Source of the DNA: Chrysomallon squamiferum
Lineage: Eukaryota; Animalia; Mollusca
DNA: 64,000 nucleotides
Assembly (NCBI GenBank): GCA_012295275.1
Contig: CM022671.1
Span: 3,286,001-3,350,000, forward strand
Direction of reading: 5' to 3'
This document shows positions 53,401-64,000 of this stretch, in pieces. Position 1 is the first letter of the stretch. Each line of letters begins with the position of its first letter. The notes below the pieces were generated by a model. It was not told where the DNA came from, made no database searches, and was given only the letters and a program-made list of their open reading frames with translations. The position numbers and the translations under genes are program-made.

Positions 53401-56400
53401 ATTTATATTACGCTTACTTATTTGGTTTACTTGGTTACCACTGCTTCTGTTTGCCTGGTTTAAAGTCATAGATGGATTTGAATACTGTGCCATATTTTTA
53501 TTATACCTCTGATTTCCTGGATACGATGCACTGGAGGCATTATCTGCTACACGAGGTGGATTTATCTGCAACTGTCCTGAATGGCAGATCTGCATGTTTT
53601 GTTCAGTTACTTTCTCTCCCTGATAATTTATAGCAATTTTTTCACCACCTGCACTTGGCATATTATTAAATTGTTTTCCATCTAAAGCAGCATTATTTCC
53701 ATGATGACCTGGCTTATTTTGTGTTGTTGTATTTCTTACACCGAGTTCTGACTGATTATTAATTTTATAGCTGCCATCTTTGACCTTAGACACCACGATT
53801 ATGTTTCTGGATGAGTTAGATTTGTGTGTGGACAAAGCTGAAGATGGGTTCAGGACAGTATGAACAGAAGATGTTGCTGTGGAAGAAACTGCAGGTTTTG
53901 TTTCCTGAGCTCTCTTGTCAGAAGACATGAATGGTGTATTAGAATTCTTTTGTTCAGATTTTAAAGGTACAGATTCACTGAACGATTGTGAGGAAGAATC
54001 AGCAGGTTTTGTTATATTATTCTCTTTCTTAATTCTCCGACAATTCTTCTTTGAAAACTTGTGTTTGGCAACAACATATTGTGTCATTTTCTCCAATATT
54101 TCAGTGGCATGGACTGGGATGTGGTGAATGAAATCTCTAAAGGAATAACAGGCTTTTTCACAATACTTACACACAAACTGTTCTGATCCAAAATGACTTC
54201 TCTGGAAAAGGAAGAATTTTGAAGGTGGTTTGTCACAATATGTAACACCAGATTGGTTTGTTGCATAAACCTGAGGTTACATTCAACACAGTTGAATCTT
54301 TCTTTTTCAGTATTATTTTTCTGTTCATTTGGCTCAGCATTTTTGTTTTCTGCATCATTTTTCACAGTTAATTTTTCCTCTTTTTTATTAACTGATTCTG
54401 AATTATCTTTGTCCTTTTTTGGTCTTCCTCGTGCACGTTTCACTGTGATTTCTTTTTCTAAATCCTTTGTCTTCTTCTTGTATTTCCGTTTGGTGTACCT
54501 AGCCCATGACGTCTGAGAAATCTCACTGCTGCCACCGGAATCACATTCCTCAATACCTGTAGTTCGATGAATATGCTTAAACCTTTTGTGTTTAGTATTT
54601 TTCCTTCGACGTTTTCTCTTGGCTCTAGACCAATGAAAGATGCCCAGGTTTGGTTTAAAATCATCATCAGAGGTGAAGGCAGTTTCATCTGAACTGCTGG
54701 AAATCCTTTTTCTTTTGTGTGGTCTAATTATTTCATCTTCGCTGCTTTTGTAGTCGTCTTCTGAGACATACTGCATGTCATCCACATCTTCATCATCAGT
54801 AGTGAAGTCGCCATCAACTAAACGTGACTGCCAGGCTTTGGCTGCTGCTAGTTTGGCTGTCTGAACAGCTTCGTCATCCTCAATGTTCTCTGCTGGCTCA
54901 GCTACACACAGCTGATAAACATTACGTCTGGGATCTTTGGCCGAGGGTCGTAAAGTCAAAAAAGCTTTTGTGTTTGTGAGCATTTCTTTGAAGAGAGGTC
55001 GAAGGTATGGGTATTCTTCATCGAGCCTCATACATTTAACAACAGCATTTTTCTCCAGTTTGTCTGATCTGTGTTTCAAGTCAGATGATTCAGAGACATC
55101 TTGCTTTTTGGATTTCCAAAAAAGACCATTCTTATCCTCCTCTAGTCTCACACATGACACGTAGGGAATTTTCTTAGGATCAATGCATAAGGATGATTTC
55201 AAAGAAATCAAATCAACAGATTTGACGTTTTCTACATTTTCTTTTTCTGAACAATCCCTTTCAGTTAGTTTATTCTTACTTGCTTCACTCTCCAGTTCAT
55301 TTTCTTTTGAAGAACATTCCGATTCATCCTTATTCTTACTGAATTGAACAATGATTTTTTTATGTGCAGGAAAATCTGAACTGTTTTCTTTGGTTGATTT
55401 TTTGAAATCATATCGCCATTTTGGTACAGGAACATGACAAATATCAGTCATGTGTTTGTGAAGATATCTCCTCTGTGTAAATGACTTCTTACAGCTAATG
55501 CAGGAGAAAATTTTCTTTTTGTCAGTGTGTGTTTTTACATGGGCTCGGCAGTTGGATGGGTCTGAAAAGGCCCGTTTACAGTATGAACACAAGTATGGTT
55601 TCTCACCAGTGTGGCTGTATATGTGACTCTTCAAGAGAAAAGCTCGTTTAAATATTTTTCCACAGATATTGCAGACAGTCTGAGTTTTGTACTGGGTTTT
55701 CTTAACAGGGTCATTCTTCAAGTGCGAGTTGATGTGTGTGTGGTAAGCCAGATGTGTCTGAAATGTACATTTGCACTGATTACAGGTAAGTTTATGTGTA
55801 ACTTTCACTCTGGGTTTCACTTCACTTGACTCTACTTTCTGTGACTTTAATGAAGTTGAGCTTGTACCGAAACCAGTGTTCTGAGTTTCAACTTTCAAAC
55901 TGTTTGAAACCAAGATGTTCATCTCTAAACATTCAGCTGCTTTGCTATTAGGTGTTTCTGAATGCTGATCATTTGATTCAGTCATTACTGTGCTACAAAC
56001 TCCATCTGATTCAATCTCTACTGTTTTATTAGTTCCATCTGATCCAGTCTCTACTGTTTTATCAGTTCCATCTGATCCGTCTCTACTTTTGTATCAGTTC
56101 CACTGGATTCAATCACTACAGTGTTAGCCACTCCATTAGATCCAATCTCTGAACTGTCATCAACTCTATCTGATCTGATCTCTCCAGCAATATCAACTTC
56201 ATTTGATTCAATCTCAAATATGTCATCAGTTCTATCTGATCCAACCATTTCCATGTTATCAACTCCTTTTGATCCAATCTCTACTGTTTTATAAACTTCA
56301 TCTGATCCAGTCTCTAGTGTGTCATAAACTTCATCTGATCCAGTTTCTACAGTGTTATCAATTCCATCTGATCCAGTCTCTACAGTGTTATAAAGTTCAT

Positions 56401-57775
56401 CTGATCCAGTCTCTACTGTTTTATCAATTTCATCTGATCCAGTCTCTACAGTGTTATAAAGTTCATCTGATCCAGTCTCTACTGTGTTATAAACTTCATC
56501 TGATCCAGTCTCTACAGTGTTATCAATTCCATCTGATCCAATTGCTGCTGTATCAAGAACATTATTAACGGCTGTTGCAGGAATACAGCTCACGTTTTCA
56601 TTTACTTGAGAAGATGCTACAGACTGCTTCACTTGGACACTGGAGTTAATATTACAAACATTTTCATAATTGTTAATGTCCTTTGCACACAACATTGCAT
56701 ACAGTTTACTGTAATTTGAATTATTTGTGCTGCTGGAACACGGTAAATGGTTTGCACTCACACAGCTGGTTACCACAGGCTTATTCCTGCCACATCCAGC
56801 TTGTTCAGTAGAAGTATTTGAATTCATAACAATACAACTGGAAGCTACATTGCATCCAAAACGTGAAGAAGAAACAGCTAAAACATGTGGATTTCTCATC
56901 GTATTATTTGTACTTGGAGATGAACCACATTTGTTAACAGTATTCACAGATGAAGAGGGAAGTTCTCTTGCTGTCATAATTATATGTTTGGCTGAAGATG
57001 GGAAACCTCTTGATAAAGAGACGTTAACTTTTGATGAATCGTATGGTTTTGTCTTGACAACATGAACAGAGGGCAAAGCTGGTGCAGTGGTAGCTGTAGA
57101 TGTTCTGACAACATCAGCTCTGACCAATGCTGGTGGTGTGAGGATTCGACCATGAACTGAACCAGATAATGGCTGGATTCTCTTTATTTCTGGTCTTACT
57201 GCTACAGGCCGATGTATGACATGACCTTTTGTTTCCTGTGATGAAGAAACTGAAGTCATTTTATTCTGATCTGACATCAAGTTAGAGCACTGGTAAGTAG
57301 GTTGGCGTGAAATTGTGGTGAACTTTTGGCTTTGGGAAACAATGTAATGGCCTCGTCTCATGCTCTCTTCATTAACTCTCTTACATGTATCAGTCTTATT
57401 AATGCTGCGCTTATTAAAGACTTGATTGTTGAGTTCCACTTTATTACAGACTGGTTTATTAATTCCTGTTTTAACAAACACTGACTTAACATCTCTTCCA
57501 TCAAAGCTTTGCTGATTACTACTAAAGACAGGCTGGTTAATGGTCTTCTTAATGATATTTGTCTTTTTTAAGAGAGACTGCTGCTGTATGAAAACTTGTT
57601 TTCTCACTTTAACAGCACAATCTGAAGGATTCTGCTTGTGAAGTATACTGACTGTTTGTTCCTTGTTTGACATGCTCTTTGGTTGTTGCTGTTGTTGTTG
57701 ATGGGATGTCAGTTTCTGGCTAGCAGTTGATGGAAATGGAATAAACGTTATGACTGATTTTGTTGCTGGTGCCAT
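50447..57775 (-). CDS. Large C2H2 zinc-finger / AT-hook protein (~2440 aa if repaired), one giant exon with three frame breaks
   Basis: Four abutting or overlapping ORFs (57775-56051, 55985-54084, 54174-51595, 51625-50447) with no intron-like sequence between them. Six C2H2-type fingers including an HTGEKPY linker; AT-hook KRARGRPKK (~54440); acceptor TTGTAG|GAAACAAGATG at 57783. Confidence 0.8.
50820..51010 (-). repeat. 24-bp coding tandem repeat (8 aa, TATDSTDV-like)
   Basis: gttacatctgtactgtctgtagct units, about 7 copies. Confidence 0.88.
52430..52800 (-). repeat. Degenerate 33-bp coding repeat (11 aa, His/Gln-rich, QHYVTKE-like)
   Basis: Periodic HQYFLTKE / YQHHVTKH / HQHYVTKQ / SQHHVTED / NKHCVTQE in the translation. 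Confidence 0.65.
55990..56560 (-). repeat. 33-bp coding tandem repeat (11 aa, VETGSDEVYNT-like), ~17 copies
   Basis: tcatctgatccagtctctacagtgttataaa units visible in both DNA and protein. Confidence 0.93.
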
Positions 57776-59249
57776 CTTGTTTCCTACAACAACAAAAAAA
57801 GATAAATAATAATAATAATAAAACTGGTTTAATTTCTATCTGAACAAGTTAAGTTTGTGTATGTGTCATTCTAATATATAACATGCTTATTTATTTTAAG
57901 ATATTTTAGAATATTTACATTCTGATATGAATTAAAACCTGTAATTTTTCAAGTTTTCATGTCCTTGTATGTCTATATGAATATTTTTGTTTATAATGTA
58001 AGAAAACTATGAATCTTTTGACATGACATGTCTTTACTCAATCATTTACTCTTCTCAAAGCAAGCGTTATCATTAGCCTTTTTAAGGAGACTTCCATAAA
58101 GGTATTTTCTTTAGCTAGTAACAATCAGTTTATATTCTTATAAACTCTCTTTTTTCAGATTTAAAAAAAGAATATATGCTGGTATGAACACTTTGTATGT
58201 TTACATGACTGTTCAGCTAGTTTTAAAACTTTGGGGTGTGAAATATGTCTTGAACAGCATTTACTTAAAAGTGAAAAACAAGAAAAACAGATACAGATAT
58301 AGTTTCCTCCATATTTCTTTATAAGCTGATTATTCTTTTATTACTATTTAAATGTATCATAGCTATTTATTTTATTATTTTTTTTTTTTAAATTGCATTA
58401 TAAAAAATTGTTTATTGCATATCAGTAAAATAATATATAAGTGCAGTTTATGAAGATATTTAAAAAACTATTTAAAGATTATGTTCTACAGGTCGAGTTT
58501 AATATTTTAATCCTTCTAGTTTCAGAAAACATTTGGGGTTCAGCCAATTTAATGTCTGTCAGTGAAATGTCAGTGAGCCAAGCATATTCCCAATGAAACA
58601 ATTTCAATTCAACAGAAGATTGATCCAGTGATTCAGACAGCTGTTCATAATCACACTTCATAAAGAATTTACTATCACAGATGGTGACAAGGTATTAAAA
58701 ACAAAAAAATATTTCATACAGAGTGTTAAAAGAATTATTACTTTATTAATGAAATTTTAGTGATAATTTTAATAGCTGGTTGCTGAACTTAATAATACTA
58801 ATCAATAAAGAAACCTTGAATAAGATCTATATTTTCAAATAGCTGTCGTAAACTGCTAATAATATATCGAACTAACATTTTCTATTTCATTTCCATGTAG
58901 TAATTTAAAAATAAATGTGCTTTTTATACTGAATGCAGTTAAGGGTGATAGATTTCTCATAAAAATACATTGGTGTATAATTTAAGGAGGGGAGTCTTAA
59001 ATTTAATATTTCAAATACGGTTAACAAAAATAAAATCTCCTTTGATATGAGTAAATAGAGAAATTAGATTATTAAAGAGAGAAAAAATGTTAAAAAAATG
59101 AAAATAAGTTTTGAATAAATATGGTGAAATAAAATTCATCTGGTTTATGATTCCCAACACTGGTATGTTTCACATTTGAAATAGCAGATACTGATATTTG
59201 TTAAATATTTAATCCATGAATATTGTGAATAATCAAGACAGTTTTAATA

Positions 59250-59282
<33 letters not shown>

Positions 59283-60625
59283 TAATAATTACATACAGAA
59301 AATCAAACCCAAAACTGAAACAAAAAAACTTTCGTGACTAACTTCCATTTTCAACAATAATATATATTACCAAAAAATATTTTGTGTGTTATATTTTAGT
59401 CAACAAATTACAAAATTCATGTAACATTCATGTAAAAATTGTAGAATATTTTATTGAAAGATCTGTCTTCACAAACACATGTGGTTTTTCAAAACCATGA
59501 AACAACAACAGTACAATGGATATTTTAATTAAGTATGTCTTAATATTTATGCAGCAAGACAACATGGAATAATTATGTTCAATTTAAAAAAATAATAAGA
59601 AAAAAAAAAAAAAAAGAAAGAAAGAATGAAAGAAAGAAAGAAAAAAGCAACAATATATTTTATTCTTAAACACAGCATTACATGATGTTTGTTCCAGGCA
59701 AACATGAACGGACAATACCGAAACACACACGTACAAACAAAAATAAATAAAGAGAAAAAAAATGCATGTAACATTTTCACATTTATCTCAGAATTATTAT
59801 TAAAAAGAAAATTATGTCATATATTATTATGACTTGTATGCTATGTACACCATGACTGAATGAAATTTAAATAAGTGAAACACCAGTGATATTAAATCCC
59901 AATAACCCAACGATTCCCAGCCTCTGACACTGGCAAAAACTGAAGCTTGTGTCCACTAAGTGACATTCATGAATATGTCAAAAATTTCCCACATCCACAA
60001 TGACTGCACACTTTCGTCCACACATATCTCATTAGTTTATAAATTAACAACACTCGTCATGTGACCACATTTAAATTAATCAGTATATTTTGCTATTAAA
60101 AGTTTAAACATCTTAGGACATTTTTAAAAACCTTGCAAGTTTTGTTCAGTCATTTTGTATGCGTGTGTGTGTATTTTATGTATGAGTGTGTATGAATGAG
60201 AGAGAGAAAGTGAGAGACAGGATAGACTGAATTATTAGAGAAAAAAATCCATGTTCTTTGAAATTACAAACAATAAAATGTTACATTTGTAGAAGTTATT
60301 TAAATGAAGAATGTGTAACTATGGTGTTTCCTTCTTAACAGAACACAATTTCATAACTTTGGAGAAAAAAAATCAACAACCATCTACCTAACAACCAGTA
60401 TTAATATGGTTTACAACAAAAGAATTATTTAAACAAATACTAGACCTAAATTTTAAAAATCTAAGCTGTAAATTTAAAAAGTAACTAAACTTATTTCTTA
60501 GCTCTATTTTAAATCCTACCTTTGATGCAGTGTATATATAGTGTAACTATTTTATATGCTTTAGACACTAATCTTAAGATATTACAAAACAGTCCAAGGA
60601 AATGCTGACTACCTTTGTACCATGT

Positions 60626-60659
<34 letters not shown>

Positions 60660-61270
60660 AACTTAAAAATTCAGACTGAGTGGCAATTATTCTGCTTATA
60701 TTTTTCATGTGATATATTATAAACATTACTTGTTACAAGTCCATGAGGCTGTGTGTATGTTTTCTGTTACTGCTGTCTGGTACTGTCTACATACTAAAAG
60801 TACTGGTTGTAGAATTAATTTTTAAAATTTTATTTACTTATTTATTTTTTGTTTTTATTGTTTCTAGTGTTATATTTTCTATATATAAGATAATAAATAA
60901 AATGTTTAATATCGACTAGTAAATGCAAACAATTAATTAAAACTGCCTATTTATGAATTTTCTTCTTTACAGATGTGTTCATACATTTTAATTGGTATTA
61001 TAATATACAGTTATAATTATTTTTTTTTATTAATTTTTAAATTAACATTTGCCAGTTATATAAAATTTACATTTTATTAGTTTCCACAACAAGTAAATAG
61101 TGAGACAGTTTATATTTCAAGCTTTTGACACTATGCTGTTTTAGTTTTATAATTCTGAGTTTTATATTTTTGGATCCTATGATCATTTTTGTACAATATA
61201 TCACCTTAAAACTGAAGTAAGTTTTCAGCTTCTTTGATATGTTTTTATAAATTGAACAGAATATAAAAAT

Positions 61271-61329
<59 letters not shown>

Positions 61330-61938
61330 CAATAATTACATTTTGAGTTACTTTAAAACTAAATTTTAAAAATAAAAAAAATAAAAAAATAATATGTCAT
61401 TTATTTTTTTATCATTTATAAAGTGTAAGTTAATAATTCTGGTTGTCAGAGTTTCTGGTCATTAATAAAAAAATATAAAAAAATTTATATATATATATAT
61501 ATAAAACTTTTTTAAAAACCACACCTGCAAAATGATCCAATCTGAATTATAACAAAAATAAATTATATTTACTTATGAGAAAAGAAAAAACAAAATAAAT
61601 ATGAGATGGTGCAATATATGAAATATGAATTTTTACAGAAATAACTGAACTTCATTTTAAAATAATTTTGAAAAATAACACATTATAAAATTCTTTTGAT
61701 CTTTGTTAATATTTCCCAGTTTTTAATAACAAACTTTTATTATTATTTTTTTTTTTTACTACTGTTAATCACATTCCTAAAAACAGAATTACAAAAATAA
61801 ATGTTTAAAACTGCCATTTATAAAAATTCTTTTGAAAACCATTTCAAATGTTTTTTTGGTTTTTTTTTTTTTTGTTTTTTGTGGAATGGGGGTTTCTTTT
61901 TAATTTCACAGATTAAAAAAAAAATAATTTAAAAAAAT

Positions 61939-64000
61939 CTATTTTCTTTGATTACAAATTCTTGTAAAAGCATAGGGAAAACTAGCTTTTTTGTGTTTTC
62001 GTTTATCAATGACCCACTTTTGATCAATTTTTTTTTGTCCAGTGTTACGCAACTGAGGCCCTGACGGTAAGTGTTCCCCCATCACCAGTGTGTGTCTAGT
62101 CCTTTCCTCTATGGATTTGACATTACGTGAATTCCTCGAGTGGTCTCCTTGAGACTCCTCCGAAGGAGCCACTCTGAAGAACTGAACATTGGAAACAGAG
62201 GATTTGGGATTAACAGGACTAGTTAGTCGATGACTGTTTCTTCTCACAACTGCTGGCAAGGGTCCAGTGCCTGAAAATGTCTGCTGCCTTTTTGATGAGT
62301 TGTATTTGGCTGGACTGTTTCTTTGTTCAGAAACTCTGTTATCTTCATTTGGTGGTACTGAGGTTCCAATGTGCTTTTTTTCAGGACCATCTTCACTTTT
62401 ACTTAGCCTTCGTTTTCTACTTGCATCTGAAGACATGGCTTGCGTTTTCAAGTATTCACCTAGATCTAAAGTTCTCTGATCAGTGGATCTTGTCTTATAG
62501 GACTGATCACCAGAAAATGATTTCCTCAGTAAATGTTTTGCAGGTTTTAACTTTCTGTCAGTATCAGCAGATTTGATGTCAGATTTGCCAGTATTTCGAT
62601 ATGTTGAACTAGACAAATTGTGGCCAATTCTATATAGATTCAATGATTCACTGCCGCATGATCGGGTAACTTTTCGGATGACCAGTGATTTCAGATCATT
62701 AGCATCCTGTTTGAACTTTGTTTTCATATGAGGAGGAGATGTCCCCACAGACACTGCCCTTGTCTTAACACTATTCCATGATTCATCTCTCAGCTTTTCT
62801 GATACATAGGTATGAGATGCTTTTGAGATAGGTTTTTCATCCTCATCAACATCCCAGGTAAAAGGTGCTACCTTTGCCTTTTCACGAAGAGACTTTAATG
62901 ATCGCTGGAGTCTTTGTGTTTTTGTTTCATCCTCTTCCTCCTCAGTGTCAGATTGGGCTTGTTTTGCTTGATCAGAACCAGATTTTGACTGTCCTTGTTC
63001 TTTTTCAGATGGAACCTCAGGTGATTCTGGATCAGCCTTACCAACATTTAAGCCTGATGCTTTTATCCCTCTAATTAAATCCACTTCTGACTTGAGACCA
63101 TGCTGCTGTTTTTGCACATTTGCACACATCATTTTTAAAGATTCTGGCTGTCTCACAATTGTCTGCATCAAATTACTATCGCTTGCTTTTTCTGGTAAGA
63201 TGTTTCCAGACTGTTTTGCTGCATTATTTTCATATTCTTTGTTAACATCTTCTAATTCTGAAGTTTTCTGAGTGCTCTGATTTTCTACAGGACATTTTAA
63301 ACTGTCATTCATACTTTGAGCTTCATCTTTCTGTTCAGCTGAAATGAAATTGTTTTCACAATTTTTTGCTATTTTTTTACTTTCTTTAACAAAACCTGAA
63401 TCTTTTACATCATTCATCCCAGGACCATGTTTAATATGCATTTCTTCAAGTGGTTTCTGAACTGCAGAAATGTTGTCGCCAAGGCTGCTATGCAGATCTC
63501 TGTTCTGAGTTTCACGTAAAGTCTTTTTGTGATCTTCTTCATCCCAGGTAAAGGATTTAGACCTGCCAACTGACCTCAGGGATTTAACACCTTTCATCTC
63601 CTTCTTTGGAGGAGTCTGCTCTTGGGATGAAGCACCTTGAAGCTCTGCTTCAGCTGATGATGTGTTGTGTACATCTGACCTGTATGAATCTTGGAATGAT
63701 GGAGGTTTTGTTGCACTAGAATTTTCTACTTCATGATCCACACACTTGTCTTCTTTAGTTTCATCCGTTAGCTTAGTTTCTGCCTTCACAGCTTCTACCT
63801 CAGTCTTACTTTTACAGCAAGATTCAAGTTTGATTTCTTGAACTTCCTTCTGGGAAATATTTCTTTCATGTTCATTAGTTACCTGAGCAGTGACTTTCTT
63901 CAGTTTTCCCTTTCCAATAAAATGTTTAGAAGAAAGAAATTTCCATTTCTTTAAAACTCTGTCATATGCTTGCCAACTATTCTCTTTTTTGTTGAAACTT
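61939..64000 (-). CDS. Terminal exon (>2 kb) of an uncharacterised low-complexity S/K/E-rich protein; 5' part lies outside the window
   Basis: The frame stays open from the window edge (SFNKKENSWQAYDRVLKKW..) to the stop at 61939. The GTG at 63789 is not a real start. No recognisable folded domain. Confidence 0.8.
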   Translation of the reverse strand, partial: SFNKKENSWQAYDRVLKKWKFLSSKHFIGKGKLKKVTAQVTNEHERNISQKEVQEIKLESCCKSKTEVEAVKAETKLTDETKEDKCVDHEVENSSATKPPSFQDSYRSDVHNTSSAEAELQGASSQEQTPPKKEMKGVKSLRSVGRSKSFTWDEEDHKKTLRETQNRDLHSSLGDNISAVQKPLEEMHIKHGPGMNDVKDSGFVKESKKIAKNCENNFISAEQKDEAQSMNDSLKCPVENQSTQKTSELEDVNKEYENNAAKQSGNILPEKASDSNLMQTIVRQPESLKMMCANVQKQQHGLKSEVDLIRGIKASGLNVGKADPESPEVPSEKEQGQSKSGSDQAKQAQSDTEEEEDETKTQRLQRSLKSLREKAKVAPFTWDVDEDEKPISKASHTYVSEKLRDESWNSVKTRAVSVGTSPPHMKTKFKQDANDLKSLVIRKVTRSCGSESLNLYRIGHNLSSSTYRNTGKSDIKSADTDRKLKPAKHLLRKSFSGDQSYKTRSTDQRTLDLGEYLKTQAMSSDASRKRRLSKSEDGPEKKHIGTSVPPNEDNRVSEQRNSPAKYNSSKRQQTFSGTGPLPAVVRRNSHRLTSPVNPKSSVSNVQFFRVAPSEESQGDHSRNSRNVKSIEERTRHTLVMGEHLPSGPQLRNTGQKKIDQKWVIDKRKHKKASFPYAFTRICNQRK

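Noticed and set aside
54160-54175. GTAAGT donor that might explain the second frame break as an intron
   Set aside because: It lies within the codons of an intact zinc finger (VCKYC), and no intron-like sequence or acceptor follows.
56203-56568. HLIQSL-repeat ORF
   Set aside because: Antisense shadow of the 33-bp VETGSD repeat.
58479-58661. 60-aa minus-strand ORF as an upstream exon of the zinc-finger gene
   Set aside because: It ends in a stop with no convincing donor and has no recognisable motif.

Overview
AT-rich, microsatellite-dense, intron-containing animal genomic DNA. It is probably a lophotrochozoan such as a mollusc, which is an inference from protein style and repeat content. 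Gene order: 5' part of an F-box/WD40 gene (-), LAMTOR5 (+), an orphan 4-exon single-pass membrane protein gene (+), intronless ARL6/BBS3 (-), TAF3 (+), importin-9 (-), ribophorin I (+), a ~7.3-kb single-exon C2H2 zinc-finger/AT-hook gene broken by three 1-nt frame breaks (-), and the last exon of a large low-complexity protein (-). Three gene pairs are head-to-head. Other features: three TIR-bounded non-autonomous DNA transposons in IPO9 introns, one U12-type intron, one GC-AG intron, an intron made almost entirely of a minisatellite, and a decayed intronic copy of a TAF3 exon fragment. No prokaryotic features, rRNA, tRNA or CRISPR arrays were seen. The best candidate for something undescribed is the orphan gene (signal peptide, basic glycosylated prodomain, RKRR, acidic Tyr-rich peptide, TM, Cys cluster). 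The four -1 frame breaks are most likely assembly deletions. Exon coordinates were read by hand and may be off by a few bases.
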